DNA of 43,813 nt from the NCBI RefSeq assembly GCF_001194135.2, contig NC_068991.1:40909997-40953809 (forward strand), written 5' to 3'. Shown here piece by piece: positions 1 through 12,650 of this stretch. The position numbers were made by a program, and so were the translations under genes. The notes beneath the pieces were generated by a model. That model was not told the DNA's origin, ran no database searches, and saw nothing but the letters and a program-made list of their open reading frames with translations. The stretch's first letter is position 1, and each line of letters starts with the position of its first letter. The DNA comes from Octopus bimaculoides (lineage: Eukaryota).

Positions 1-39
<39 letters not shown>

Positions 40-160
40 TATATATATATATATATATAGCAATAAGAAAATGGAGGAGAATATGAGGTACTCATCAACT
101 TGTAGACACTGTACTCTGTTGAATAATCCGTTTATTTTACAACCAAAAGGATGTCCTTTT

Positions 161-220
161 GGTCACCTAGGTAGCGGAAGCTATCAACTACTTCTAATTT
201 CTCCCCATGACATGTGATGA
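161..220 (-). mobile_element. Tiny RTE ORF2 fragment (LITCHGEKLEVVDSFRYLGD)
   Basis: Nearly identical to 37869-37920 and 40958-41010 in the larger RTE copies. Confidence 0.65.
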
Positions 221-249
221 GATCTATTTTATACATGTGTATATATATA

Positions 250-250
<1 letters not shown>

Positions 251-305
<55 letters not shown>

Positions 306-436
306 CATATATACATGTACATATATACATACGCAATATATATATATGTATATATATGTATATACATATGTGTATGTATATATATATTCGTGTGTATTGT
401 GTTTTTGTTAAATTTTTGAAATATGTATGTATATAT
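251..436. repeat. (GT)n/(AT)n compound microsatellite
   Basis: Directly visible; similar tracts at 1-59, 1328-1390, 3722-3804, 36121-36225, 36381-36428, 40448-40493 and 43541-43600. Confidence 0.95.
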
Positions 437-658
437 CATCATCATCGTTTAACGTCCGCTTTCCATGCTAGCATGGGTTGGACGATTTGACTGAGGACTG
501 GTGAAACCGGATGGCAACACCAGGCTCCAGTCTGATTTGGCAGAGTTTCTACAGCTGGATGCCCTTCCTAACGCCAACCACTCAGAGAGTGTAGTGGGTG
601 CTTTTACGTGTCACCCGCACGAAAACGGCCACGCTCGAAATGGTGTCTTTTATGTGCC
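437..658 (-). mobile_element. RTE LINE 3' UTR with (GAT)n tail, cut by a gap
   Basis: Same sequence as the 3' ends attached to RTE ORF2 at 40494-40700 and 16300-16467. Confidence 0.85.
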
Positions 659-1327
659 NNNNNNNNNNNNNNNNNNNNNNNNNNNNNNNNNNNNNNNNNN
701 NNNNNNNNNNNNNNNNNNNNNNNNNNNNNNNNNNNNNNNNNNNNNNNNNNNNNNNNNNNNNNNNNNNNNNNNNNNNNNNNNNNNNNNNNNNNNNNNNNNN
801 NNNNNNNNNNNNNNNNNNNNNNNNNNNNNNNNNNNNNNNNNNNNNNNNNNNNNNNNNNNNNNNNNNNNNNNNNNNNNNNNNNNNNNNNNNNNNNNNNNNN
901 NNNNNNNNNNNNNNNNNNNNNNNNNNNNNNNNNNNNNNNNNNNNNNNNNNNNNNNNNNNNNNNNNNNNNNNNNNNNNNNNNNNNNNNNNNNNNNNNNNNN
1001 NNNNNNNNNNNNNNNNNNNNNNNNNNNNNNNNNNNNNNNNNNNNNNNNNNNNNNNNNNNNNNNNNNNNNNNNNNNNNNNNNNNNNNNNNNNNNNNNNNNN
1101 NNNNNNNNNNNNNNNNNNNNNNNNNNNNNNNNNNNNNNNNNNNNNNNNNNNNNNNNNNNNNNNNNNNNNNNNNNNNNNNNNNNNNNNNNNNNNNNNNNNN
1201 NNNNNNNNNNNNNNNNNNNNNNNNNNNNNNNNNNNNNNNNNNNNNNNNNNNNNNNNNNNNNNNNNNNNNNNNNNNNNNNNNNNNNNNNNNNNNNNNNNNN
1301 NNNNNNNNNNNNNNNNNNNNNNNNNNN

Positions 1328-1379
<52 letters not shown>

Positions 1380-1439
1380 TATACATATATATTGAACATT
1401 GGGCCTCACAGAAACAAAGTAGCTGTCCTTTTGAGTGTT

Positions 1440-1782
1440 GGACCTTACAGAGGCAATGACCAAAACCTTTGGCGTTATGTCGTGCTTGAGAAGAAAATCC
1501 ATGAAGCTGAGAATAATCAGTTGTGTCAGATACTGGTGTCACACAAATTAGCACATAAAAGCACTTCGCTGTCACGCAAATGGTACGTAAAAGCACCCAT
1601 TACACTTACAGAGTGGTTGGTATTAAAAAGGGGCATCCAGCAGTAGAAAACCATGCCAAATCAGACTGGAGTCTGGTGCTACTTTCCAGCATGCCAGTCC
1701 GGTCAAACTATCCAACCCATGCCAGCATGGACAATGGATGTTAAATGATGATGATGATAATGATGATGATGATGATGATGAT
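1440..1782 (+). mobile_element. RTE LINE 3' end (end of ORF2, 3' UTR, (GAT)n tail)
   Basis: Encodes NLWRYVVLEK, like the RTE C-terminus at about 16060; the 3' UTR matches the other copies. Confidence 0.8.
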
Positions 1783-2649
1783 ATACAAAGCCTGGTGTGA
1801 GTTGTCTTGCTTGACTGTGACTTACTTTCAGGTGTTTTTTACACCAGGTGCATAAAGAATATATTTTCTTATACCTAAAAACTGAAGCAGACCCATGAAC
1901 TAACAACACACATACCTTGTGCATATTTTGTTTATATACCTTAAGCTGCTTCTAATTCATATATGAATATATGTATCGTTGTATTATGTTAAACTGTCAC
2001 ATGTTCAAATTTGGCCAAATGCATTTGTTTCTATATTTATTTTTGCCTGCAATAGCTGGTTCTTTTGGCTAGACTATCATATCACCAGTTGCTTCAGATG
2101 CCAAGATATCAAAAATTGTCAAAGTGTAGTACAACGGTTTTGCTATGGAATGGTGAAACTATTTTTTTCGTTTTCTGAAAAAGATAACATTTTGGACTTA
2201 CAACACTTTTGCATAATAGCACTGATATATATATATATNNNNNNNNNNNNNNNNNNNNNNNNNNNNNNNNNNNNNNNNNNNNNNNNNNNNNNNNNNNNNN
2301 NNNNNNNNNNNNNNNNNNNNNNNNNNNNNNNNNNNNNNNNNNNNNNNNNNNNNNNNNNNNNNNNNNNNNNNNNNNNNNNNNNNNNNNNNNNNNNNNNNNN
2401 NNNNNNNNNNNNNNNNNNNNNNNNNNNNNNNNNNNNNNNNNNNNNNNNNNNNNNNNNNNNNNNNNNNNNNNNNNNNNNNNNNNNNNNNNNNNNNNNNNNN
2501 NNNNNNNNNNNNNNNNNNNNNNNNNNNNNNNNNNNNNNNNNNNNNNNNNNNNNNNNNNNNNNNNNNNNNNNNNNNNNNNNNNNNNNNNNNNNNNNNNNNN
2601 NNNNNNNNNNNNNNNNNNNNNNNNNNNNNNNNNNNNNNNNNNNNNNNNN

Positions 2650-2895
2650 CCGCTTTCCATGCTAGCATGGGTTGGACGATTTGACTGAGGACTGGTGAAC
2701 CAGATGGCTACACCAGGCTCCAATCTGATTTGGCAGAGTTTCTACAGCTGGATGCCCTTCCTAACGCCAACCACTCCGAGAGTGTAGTGGGTGCTTTTAC
2801 GTGCCACCGGCACGAAGGCCAGTCAGGTGGTACTGGCAACGGGCAGGCTCAAAATGGTGTATTTTACATGCCACCTGCACAGTCCAGCAGCACTG
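2650..2895 (-). mobile_element. RTE LINE 3' UTR copy
   Basis: Very close to 452-658 over more than 150 nt. Confidence 0.85.
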
Positions 2896-3059
2896 ATATA
2901 TATATATATATATATATCAGGAAAGAAAGCTCCAAATGACTCGTCCTTGTTTTCTTTGTATCGTCTATCTGGATGTTTTGTTGTCCCTTTTTTGTATCAC
3001 CTAAATGTCTGGATGTTTTGCGTTCTTGTCCCATTTTCTATTTTTTATACATAAAGCAT

Positions 3060-3725
3060 ATAGCAGCATATGTACACTTTGGTCTCTTATATGTAAGTAT
3101 ATATTTTATCTAAATCTTGTACGACTCTATTCTTTCTATTATTCTTTCCTTCTTTCTATGAGCCCTTTCACGCTTACTTCATTCATTCCACTCTTTGTTC
3201 TTTCGTTCCCCCTCTCTCACATTTCCTTGCCTTCTCTTCATGCTCACTTTCCCTCCTCTTTTCACTTCACTGTGTCCCTGTCATTTTTTTCTCGCTCCTC
3301 CTTATTTCTTCTGTCCCTTTGCCTCTACTTCTCTCTCTTCTCTTCCCACATGACCAGTGTTCGGCCAAGCCTGACCTTTCTTTCTTGGTTTGGCCGCCAT
3401 CTGTGCAACATCTATATTCCTCCCTGTGCCTGTGAAATTTTGTATCCCTGCCATAAGGCTTTACTTCCACACATACCAGCTTAATTTAATTCGTCCTTAG
3501 TCGAAAGACACCTGTTGTTATGTCCTGTTATTTGTATTTGTGTAACATTCTCCATTTTTTTCCGTCCTTGTTTTTGTATACATTCGCTGCTTTCTTCCAA
3601 GGAATATAATGCTCTTAGCTTAGTTTCTCCTTGGGGCTGGCCAGATTGGAGCAATCTCAAGTATAACCAGCCGAAATTGCAAAGATAATCTGGAATTTGA
3701 CTGAGGAAAGAAACTCCGAATATAG
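3060..3725. repeat. Unclassified CT-rich interspersed repeat ending at a microsatellite
   Basis: Pyrimidine-rich low-complexity body followed by a non-random about 240-nt block and (TACA)n(TA)n; family not assigned. Confidence 0.35.
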
Positions 3726-3733
3726 ATACATAC

Positions 3734-3809
<76 letters not shown>

Positions 3810-4394
3810 GTAATAAAGTTAATGACTGGTTATTTTTCAGATATATGATACATTGATGATATATCTTTTATCTTCTATCTATATTATAATGGAGAAAGCT
3901 GTTTATTAATTAGGTATGTAACAGTTACGATAGAAAAGCAATTATTAAAAGTTTGATCGTCTGGAAATTTTTTTTATAAATTCATGTTCCAAGAAATTTC
4001 CTGCAATTTCAATCTCTGAAGGTTATTGAATATTTGAACTACAAGTTTTTCACAAATTTAAATATTTGTTGCATTCACTGCAGAGTAAATTTAATAAACA
4101 ATATTTATTTGTTGTAGGCGAAATTTTGTTTTCATTTGCAACAGTACCTCACTCTCTTTTGCCTCTGTTTTCATTAATGTTAATTTAATATATATTCATT
4201 TTGATGTTTTCATCTCAAGTTTTCATTTGTTATTTGCAAAACTCAGTTTATTCTATATATGGAATGTAAAAAAATTATTTATTGAATGAATAAATGCTAT
4301 TAGACAAAATAGCTGTATAGCTTTGAGGCTCATTTTTGATAAAATGAAAATTTTTTAATATACCAGTATAATTTTTAAAAAAAACTAAGAAGCT

Positions 4395-4860
4395 ACACTA
4401 AGAAAATCGTCTCAATGCAACGTCTCAGCTACAGGGAAAGATTGAAAGAATTAAAACTCTTCTCCTTAGAACAAAAGTGCGAAAGATATGCAGCGATATA
4501 CAACTGAAAAATCCTGGAAGGCCTTGTGCCAAACTTTGGCATTGAAAGTTACTCAAACAGCAGAATGGGGCACCACTGCATAGTGCCAAAGATCCCAGCA
4601 TTGCCATCAAAATACAGGACCAGACACTGCAACAGCTTGGGTTTCAAGGGCCCACAGCTCTTCAATATCCTCCCAAAGTGCATGGCATTGATGTAAGTGT
4701 CTTTGAAACAAAACTGGATCTCTTTCTGTCAAGGGTTCCAGTTGAGCCTCCCTCACAGCAGGAAACACAGATGAGGGCAGCAGCATCCAACTCCCTCACT
4801 GACCAAATGCACATATCAGAGGTTTCGAATAATGATGTAGCCCAGTCACTGGTGATGCCC
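4395..4860 (+). mobile_element. CR1-group LINE 3' fragment
   Basis: Translates with frameshifts as LSYRERLKELKLFSLE..ERYAAIY..KILEGLVPN...FNILP..LHG..VSVFETKLDLFLSRVP..P...RAAASNSL, typical of a CR1 ORF2 C-terminus. Confidence 0.8.
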
Positions 4861-5243
4861 TAGCATGACTGCAGCTTTGAAGCTGAAACATTTTAAAGAA
4901 TTTAAGAGATTTTGTTGGTATGGCTGTTTGAAATGCTATAAGCCTTACAATAATAACTATGTGATCGCTGCTATTTCATGCATGCTAAACCTTGAAGTTT
5001 GTTTAAATTACAGATATATTACAACTATAATAAATTACTGACAGAAATATTTACTAAGCAAGTGAAATTTTTAATAAACAGAAGTTTTCAGGAAAATTTA
5101 TTTTCTGAACTTAATTTTATTATTGAATATTTCAAGTTCACAAATTTAAATATTCAGTACAAGATAGTTTTTAATGAGCTTCAATTTATATGATATTTTC
5201 ATTTCATATTTATTTCATTTATTGTTTGCAATGTTCTCCCACC

Positions 5244-5282
<39 letters not shown>

Positions 5283-5540
5283 GCATGACTGTGTGGTCAA
5301 GAAGTCCATTTTCTAGCCATGTGGTTTCACATTCAGCCTTATTGCATAGCACCTTAAGCAAATGTCTTCTGTTGTGTTTCCTTGTCTTGATATCACAGGA
5401 TAATTATAAACAAGCATCGCTTTCATACAAACAGTCTCTCATTTTCAGTCTTCAGAGAAAATATGTCTATATTATCTTGCTTGGAAACAGATGAGGGTGG
5501 CAACAGGAAGGGAATTTGCCTATAGTAATTCTGGCTTAAT
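5283..5540 (+). mobile_element. Degenerate tRNA-derived SINE (family B-like head)
   Basis: tgactgtgtggtcaagaag...gcaccttaagcaaatgtcttct aligns to the head of the 34250-34653 copy. Confidence 0.5.
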
Positions 5541-5691
5541 AAATTTTATCTGACCCATCAAAAAAATGAATATTAAAATTACAACAAAAATTATCTCATT
5601 TCTTAACAGTGCATTTTATCTTGGGTGAACAGCACAAACTTAAATAATTGAAGCAATACTGTTATCAAAATGACCAATATTAGAGCATTCA

Positions 5692-5896
5692 AAGGCAGCA
5701 AGCTGGCAGAAATGTTAGCATGCCAGGAGAAATGCTTAGCAGTATTTCATTTGTCTTTACATTTTGAGTTCAAATTCCGCCTTTCATCCATTCAGAGTCA
5801 ATAAATTAAGTACCTGTTGCATACTGGGGTCGATCTAATCAACTGGCCCCCTCCCCCAAAATTTTGGGCCTTGTGCCTAGAGTAGAAAAGAATATT
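5692..5896 (+). mobile_element. tRNA-derived SINE family A
   Basis: A-box TGGCAGAAATG, B-box GAGTTCAAATTCC; homologous to copies at 7097, 14813, 22345, 30805 and 31880. Confidence 0.85.
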
Positions 5897-6492
5897 AGCG
5901 TATTCAGTTATAATATCAAGTCCATAACATCTTTTATTAGAAACTAAGAAAAGATATGATTATATCTTTTCAAGAGAAGCACAAGACAAATTTTAAGAAT
6001 TTTGGACATACTTTTGTGTACAATAAACATTATTTTTCATCATATATTTAAATGATATGCAGAATCTGACCTGAAGTGAACCCCAATATAATTTTGTGCT
6101 TCTTTTTTTCAACTAATCAAGATGTATTATTTGAATAGCTAGACAGATGCTGTCAGCAATTGGTGATTCTGAAGAGCTTGTTAAGTAACACTATCTAAAC
6201 AAATTTCATCACACTAATTAATAAGACTCTACTCAAACCAACTAGTGAGTCTCTATGTGGTCACTCAATCCTCTAGAAACAGCAGTGAAATGTCCCTTAA
6301 ATAAACTCCACCAGCTTCAAAGAGGGAGATACTGAATAATGTGGTTGCAGATGCAAGGTATATAAAGATGGTCATAGCTGGAAAGTCTTAGGACATAAGT
6401 CTGTTTTATAAGGGGTGAATGATGGCGATAATAGTAACAATGACAACAGCTACTGTACCCACTCTCAACAAAATATTCAGAAAGAATTTTAC

Positions 6493-6656
6493 TTTGAAAA
6501 TGTCTCGTTCAGATGTTACTTTTGAAAGATCCATCTTTAATTGTTTATAAATGTCTGGAGCAATCCACGTTGCCTTGATATTTTCCAGTTCAGCCTTTAA
6601 TTCAGTCATTATAAGGTCTGTTATAACATTCATACTTTCTCCAGTTGGTTGTTTTT
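6493..6656 (-). CDS. NuMA/HOOK-like gene, exon K (EKQPTGESMNVITDLIMTELKAELENIK...SERDIFK)
   Basis: Acceptor ttttctctttacag|AA, donor AAA|gtaaaa; 164 nt, phase 1 to 0. Resembles NuMA PQEKGEVLGDVLQLETLKQE. Confidence 0.88.
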
Positions 6657-7096
6657 CTGTAAAGAGAAAATGAAAGAAAAAACTTGGGTGTTAATTAACA
6701 TTCATCATATACATTCCTCCACAAATCTCTTCTTGTTTTCTCCTTCCCAAATGCTTTCATTTCGTGAATCACAGTGGGCATTTTGTTAAAATGCATTGTA
6801 CTACAATTTCTGATCTCTGCTTGCCCAGAAGCTTCTATTTCTTTACTAAACTCTTATCACCACCAGTACTACTTCTACGTCATACTTCTGAATAAAGAAT
6901 TGCAAATAATAACACAATAATAATAATAACAATAATATACTGGGCACTGCACACATCCTACGCAAAACACTTTCAATACAGTAACCATAAGAGCACCACA
7001 GCAAACCACAGCACATACCCAAGGCACACAGAGTTGCACTCGGTAGTGAAGTGAAAGCACGTTATAAAAATAAAACTACTGAATAATAATAATAAT

Positions 7097-7299
7097 ACTT
7101 TCTATTACAGGCACAAAGCCTGAAATTTGTGGAGAGGGAGTAAGTCGATTACATCAACCCCAGCACTTGACTAGTACTTAATTTATATCGACCCCGAAAG
7201 GGTGAAAGGCAAAGTTGACCTCAGCGAAATTTGAACTCGGAACATAAAGACGGACGAAATGCTGCTAAGCAGTGCTAATGATTCTGCTAATTTGCTGCC

Positions 7300-7301
<2 letters not shown>
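7097..7301 (-). mobile_element. tRNA-derived SINE family A flanked by (AAT)n on both sides
   Basis: Reverse complement aligns with 5692-5896; most CpGs retained. Confidence 0.85.
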
Positions 7302-7331
<30 letters not shown>

Positions 7332-9505
7332 TAATTCTGGTTTTATTGGCCACAAGGGCTAATATAAATCAAAAACATGTAAGGACAAAAATAGGACGAA
7401 AAGTACAAAGGGTTTTGCGAAAAAGAAAGGTCAGTGTAAACATTAGAAAAACAGCGAAAAATATAACAAGTAAAACTCCCAATAGTAGGAAGCGCTTTGA
7501 AAGATTACTCCTAGAAAAACCCATAAAAGCCACAGGAGCCTGGTCAAATGGGGAGAGAGCCCCTTCTCTCTTTATATTCCTTTTTTTTTTACAGGTGTAA
7601 CCTCAGAATTGGTCCGTTCATACTGGCCATTTTACCGACATTCACCCACCTTTCAATAAATTTGCTACAAGACAGCCCTTCCCTCTCTACTCTCACCTTC
7701 CTTTTCAAGTGGAACTTGAAAAAGTTGATGAGGCCTTGGTCAAAGAGTGTCTGACTTTCGCCCTTTCAAATGGGTTCACCATATCAACTCTTTCGCTACA
7801 TCACCAGACAAATGAAAATTGCTTTGCCCTCCCAGTTAAAGGAAGCTGGTGGGGCAATCATCACTATGGATTCAGCTGATAGCTGGATCCGTCCGACACG
7901 TGACAGTAGCTGTTTGACATAAACCCACAGGTCAGCAATACTTGGGCACTGGACGAGTGTGCAGAACAGTTTCATTGCCCTGAGCGCACCTCAAGCAGGC
8001 CTGGCCGACGGCACTTCCGTGCCAGCAGAGTTTATCTTGAACAGGCAGTGCCCCTCAGTAGCACTACCAGGCGTGGGGCCTTTGGAAGTTATCCATGGGC
8101 CCTGGCCTGAAAGTTCTTCCGAACAGACTGTTTAGCTGATTATTGTCAATGCCTAGAGTTTCCCTGAGAATGTCGTCACACTTATCCTTCACTAACCCTC
8201 TATAGAATGCTAGAGTGGAACTACTACTGATCGCATTGCTCGCCCGGCGGAGGGTGGTGAGAGCTTGACAGCACTCAAGGTGCCATGAGCCCTTTCTCAG
8301 TCTGCGTTTGATCCAAGTTTGCAGCTTGGTCAAAGAGACGAGCTGGGGAAAGTCGTGTCTGACGAATGGTGACCACACCTGCTCACCATCCAGGAAATGC
8401 TTGAGATGCTGTAGCCTGAGCGCATGCCTGCACATCAGCAACCACGGCATGCTAAGGCCTCCGTTCAGCGGCTGTTAACAGCAGATGGAGCGCCTGACCA
8501 GTGGTACCTAGCCCTTCCACAGAAAGTCGAAGAGCAAGCGCACCAGCTTGGCCAACCAGCAGTCAGGACAAGGGATGACAGTTGATCCCTCCCAATGCCC
8601 AGAACTTCTCCAAGAATGTTGTCATTCTTGCCTTCCACTAATCCCCTATAGAACTCCAAGGTGGAACTTCCACCAAATGCATTGCCCGACTGGCTGAGGA
8701 CTCTGAGCACTTGGAGACACTCTAGGTGCCAAGTGCCCTGCTTCGATCTATACTTGATCCAGAACTGTAGCTCTGTCAAGGAGACGAGTTGCAGAAAAGC
8801 GCATCCAACAAACAGCGACCACACCCACTTACCATTAAGGTATCCCTGGAGGTGTCTGTGCATCATCAATCACGGTATACCCAGTCCTCCACATAGCTGG
8901 TGCTGACAGCAAATGGACTGTCTGACAAGCAGTACCTCTCCCTTCCACACGAAGCAGAAGAGCAAGCGCACTAGCCTGTTCAGCCATGAAGCAGGGCAAG
9001 GGATGACAGTCAGGTGGTAGTATATATAATAGATGTGATGTACGCATTCACCACCTCTGCCCGACCTTTTAGGGAGAGCTTGCTCTTGACCCATTTCTGG
9101 GTGAGACTGGCCTCCCTGTCTATCACCTCACCCCAGTTCTTGTCCACTCAGAGGTCTGGACCAAACCAGACTCTAAGCAACTTAACCAGTCCTTCCATGC
9201 AGTGCCCCATAATGCTATCAGTCTGCATGGACTTGCCTCTCCAGTTGCCAAACAGCAGGCTCACTGACTTCTCCTGGTTAATCATTACTCTTATCACCAC
9301 TTCGTATTCCCTTAGGGTAGTGCTAAACATCTTGATTACTGAGATGTCCAACACTATCACAGAGACGTCATCTGCATACGCTGACACGAACCTTCTACAT
9401 CCTAGTTCACATGGGATGCCCCTCAAAACATCCAGCTTCTGCAGTAACGGCTCGAGTGCCAGTATGTAGAGAAGGGGTGAGAGTGGGCATCCTTGATGGA
9501 CCAAA
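7302..9505 (-). mobile_element. 5'-truncated Tx1/L1-clade LINE with internal duplication/chimera
   Basis: RT motifs QGCPLSPLLYIL..EPLL and YADDV, then RFVWKG...GGLG, a zf-RVT-like C.RC...ETVLH...C, AATAAA (7342-7347) and an (ATT)n tail. Multiple stops and frameshifts. Confidence 0.9.
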
Positions 9506-9519
9506 TGTAATAGTGGAGG

Positions 9520-9690
9520 AGATATGATATTGCTGTGGGCTCGAACTATGCAAGAAGTTAAAAATTTTTTGGCCTAAGACACTACATGGACCCTAAGTAA
9601 AGCATGTGTTAATTTGGAATGAAACTGGTTGTGTAGTTCTTGAGTTTTAGGGATTCACACAGACACACATTCTCATCTTTATATATTTGA
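9520..9690 (+). mobile_element. Possible Helitron/HINE-like non-autonomous end
   Basis: Ends ...acacagacacacattctcatctttatatatttgat, like HINE termini recalled from other invertebrates. Confidence 0.3.
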
Positions 9691-10590
9691 TATTTATGCG
9701 CACATTCCAAAATTCCAGTGTTATGGACCCTGTAAAAAGGATTTTGCTCCTGAAAAATGGAGCTCATGGAGCTGAAAAATGTGGGAGTTAAGGCCCCTAT
9801 TGGGGGTGGGGGTGTTAATGTCAACCAGAGAAGTTGAAGTGTTGGGAATCTTTTTAACTTGGGTGTAATATTTCTTTGAAATAGGAAATATATGTATGTT
9901 CAGTGGGTTTGTAAAAGCGAGCAAAGCTACAGGAAACCAAAAGACGAATGATCACAATAATCAGTCATCTACCCTAGCCTAGTCGTTATTACTCTCCAAT
10001 GTAGGATTCCTCACCATACAGGTGACAGGCACAGCTGTAAGATGCATTATGGATCTATAGCAATTGGAAGGGCATGACCCAATTGAAATAACGTGTGATG
10101 TCTGGAGTAAAGGGAAATGAAAGTGTCACCTCTGGAGTTTGCAAATGACCACTATACCGATAGGTAACTGGGCAGAAAAAATTTACAATCAATAAATGTC
10201 TTAGAACAACCAGTAACTCATCTGGGAAGGCCTTGAAATCAATGTTACCAACTGGGGACTATGTGTGTCCCAGTGATAATAAAAAGACTCAAAGGAGGTC
10301 TGCAATGAAATAATTTTACTCAACACTTTGCAAGTGAATCAGTGGAGGCAAAGATGCGTCTCATTTNNNNNNNNNNNNNNNNNNNNNNNNNNNNNNNNNN
10401 NNNNNNNNNNNNNNNNNNNNNNNNNNNNNNNNNNNNNNNNNNNNNNNNNNNNNNNNNNNNNNNNNNNNNNNNNNNNNNNNNNNNNNNNNNNNNNNNNNNN
10501 NNNNNNNNNNNNNNNNNNNNNNNNNNNNNNNNNNNNNNNNNNNNNNNNNNNNNNNNNNNNNNNNNNNNNNNNNNNNNNNNNNNNNNNNNN

Positions 10591-10890
10591 ATATATATAC
10601 ATCTACACATATGTATACATATACATGTATGCATATAGCTCTATATCTATATATATATCTATACATATACGTGTACATATACATCTATATGTATACATGT
10701 ATACATATACATCTCTCTCTCTCTATATATATATACATCTATATATATATATACATCTATATATATATATATACATCTATATATATACATGTATATGGAT
10801 ACATTTATGCAGATATATATATATATGCATGTATGTATGTATATATGTATGTATGTATATATGTATGTATGCCTGTATATATGTGAGAGC
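10591..10890. repeat. Degenerate (AT/AC)n low-complexity tract
   Basis: Directly visible; source of spurious YIYI ORFs. Confidence 0.95.
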
Positions 10891-11897
10891 ATAGTTTCAC
10901 TGTAGTTGATTCAATATGAAAATGAAACCATTAAAGTGAAAGTATGTGTCATTACAGTATCGAAATGTGATTGTTTCAGTTTTGATACAGAAATAGTGGA
11001 ATAGTTTCATTTTTAAAGTGAAAGTATTTGACATGAGTGTTTTTGTTTCACTTTTGACATTTAATATTTAAATANNNNNNNNNNNNNNNNNNNNNNNNNN
11101 NNNNNNNNNNNNNNNNNNNNNNNNNNNNNNNNNNNNNNNNNNNNNNNNNNNNNNNNNNNNNNNNNNNNNNNNNNNNNNNNNNNNNNNNNNNNNNNNNNNN
11201 NNNNNNNNNNNNNNNNNNNNNNNNNNNNNNNNNNNNNNNNNNNNNNNNNNNNNNNNNNNNNNNNNNNNNNNNNNNNNNNNNNNNNNNNNNNNNNNNNNNN
11301 NNNNNNNNNNNNNNNNNNNNNNNNNNNNNNNNNNNNNNNNNNNNNNNNNNNNNNNNNNNNNNNNNNNNNNNNNNNNNNNNNNNNNNNNNNNNNNNNNNNN
11401 NNNNNNNNNNNNNNNNNNNNNNNNNNNNNNNNNNNNNNNNNNNNNNNNNNNNNNNNNNNNNNNNNNNNNNNNNNNNNNNNNNNNNNNNNNNNNNNNNNNN
11501 NNNNNNNNNNNNNNNNNNNNNNNNNNNNNNNNNNNNNNNNNNNNNNNNNNNNNNNNNNNNNNNNNNNNNNNNNNNNNNNNNNNNNNNNNNNNNNNNNNNN
11601 NNNNNNNNNNNNNNNNNNNNNNNNNNNNNNNNNNNNNNNNNNNNNNNNNNNNNNNNNNNNNNNNNNNNNNNNNNNNNNNNNNNNNNNNNNNNNNNNNNNN
11701 NNNNNNNNNNNNNNNNNNNNNNNNNNNNNNNNNNNNNNNNNNNNNNNNNNNNNNNNNNNNNNNNNNNNNNNNNNNNNNNNNNNNNNNNNNNNNNNNNNNN
11801 NNNNNNNNNNNNNNNNNNNNNNNNNNNNNNNNNNNNNNNNNNNNNNNNNNNNNNNNNNNNNNNNNNNNNNNNNNNNNNNNNNNNNNNNNNNNNNNNN

Positions 11898-12420
11898 ATT
11901 TCCGAGGCTTCAATCTCACCCCACCACGTTTTTTGGCCCCAAAAAGAGTTTTGTAGCATATTAGGAGGTTACAGGAATTCATTCAACGAAAAAAAAAAAT
12001 TGCAATGGTTTCGGGATGGGGGTCCCCCCTCACCCAACTCCACTTTTCTGAACCAAAATAAGGGATTTGCAGCATATTAGGAGGTCAGGGTACTTGATTC
12101 CACACAAAAAATCCGAGTTTTTTTCTTTTTTCTTAGTGAAAATCCTGCAGGTGTTAATCTAAAAATTTACCCTTTGTTTTTCTTTCTCGCCATTGCTAGA
12201 CAGGTGACTTAACTCATATTAGCAAACTTACGGATTTCACCGACATGGAAATTGTTAAAAGTTATCGTTGAAAATCGATTTTTACCATTATCCACGGGTG
12301 CCTTGGGAAAAATAAGTTGACAAAAACACAGCTATGATCGTTACCAATGTCCTAAAATTGGAGCGACATGCGTGCTAATTTGTGGACGTGCATATATTAC
12401 ATTCATATAGTACGTGCATA
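11898..12420. repeat. Unclassified interspersed repeat with an internal duplicated motif (gcatattaggaggt)
   Basis: The motif occurs at about 11956 and 12072; CpG-retaining, non-coding. Confidence 0.4.
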
Positions 12421-12421
12421 T

Positions 12422-12650
12422 AGTACTGGTTGGCCCAGGGGCCATAGTAGGAGAGACTTGCCTAGGTTCCACATGGTGGGACTGAATCTGAAACCATGTG
12501 GTTGGGAAGCAAATTTCTTAACCACAAAGCCATGTCTATGTCTGTAAATACATTGAAATAAGGGTGCGGTGGGGTGAGGGACATAAACAAACCAACAATG
12601 GTTGTCAAGTGGTGCTGGGGAACAAACACAGACACAAAGGCATGCACACA
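12422..12650 (-). mobile_element. SINE family B, rearranged partial copy
   Basis: gggactgaatctgaaaccatgtggttgggaagc and gttgtcaagtggtgctggggaacaaacac match parts of 34250-34653. Confidence 0.7.

Noticed and set aside
207-1646. Long ORFs in the track (also 1979-2723, 10320-10894, 11048-11982, 30865-31509, 39355-40636)
   Set aside because: Artefacts of N gaps and (AT)n/(GT)n microsatellites.
3670-3722. Hammerhead-like motifs (ccgaaa ... ctgaggaaag)
   Set aside because: The flanking stems do not pair convincingly and the core is incomplete.
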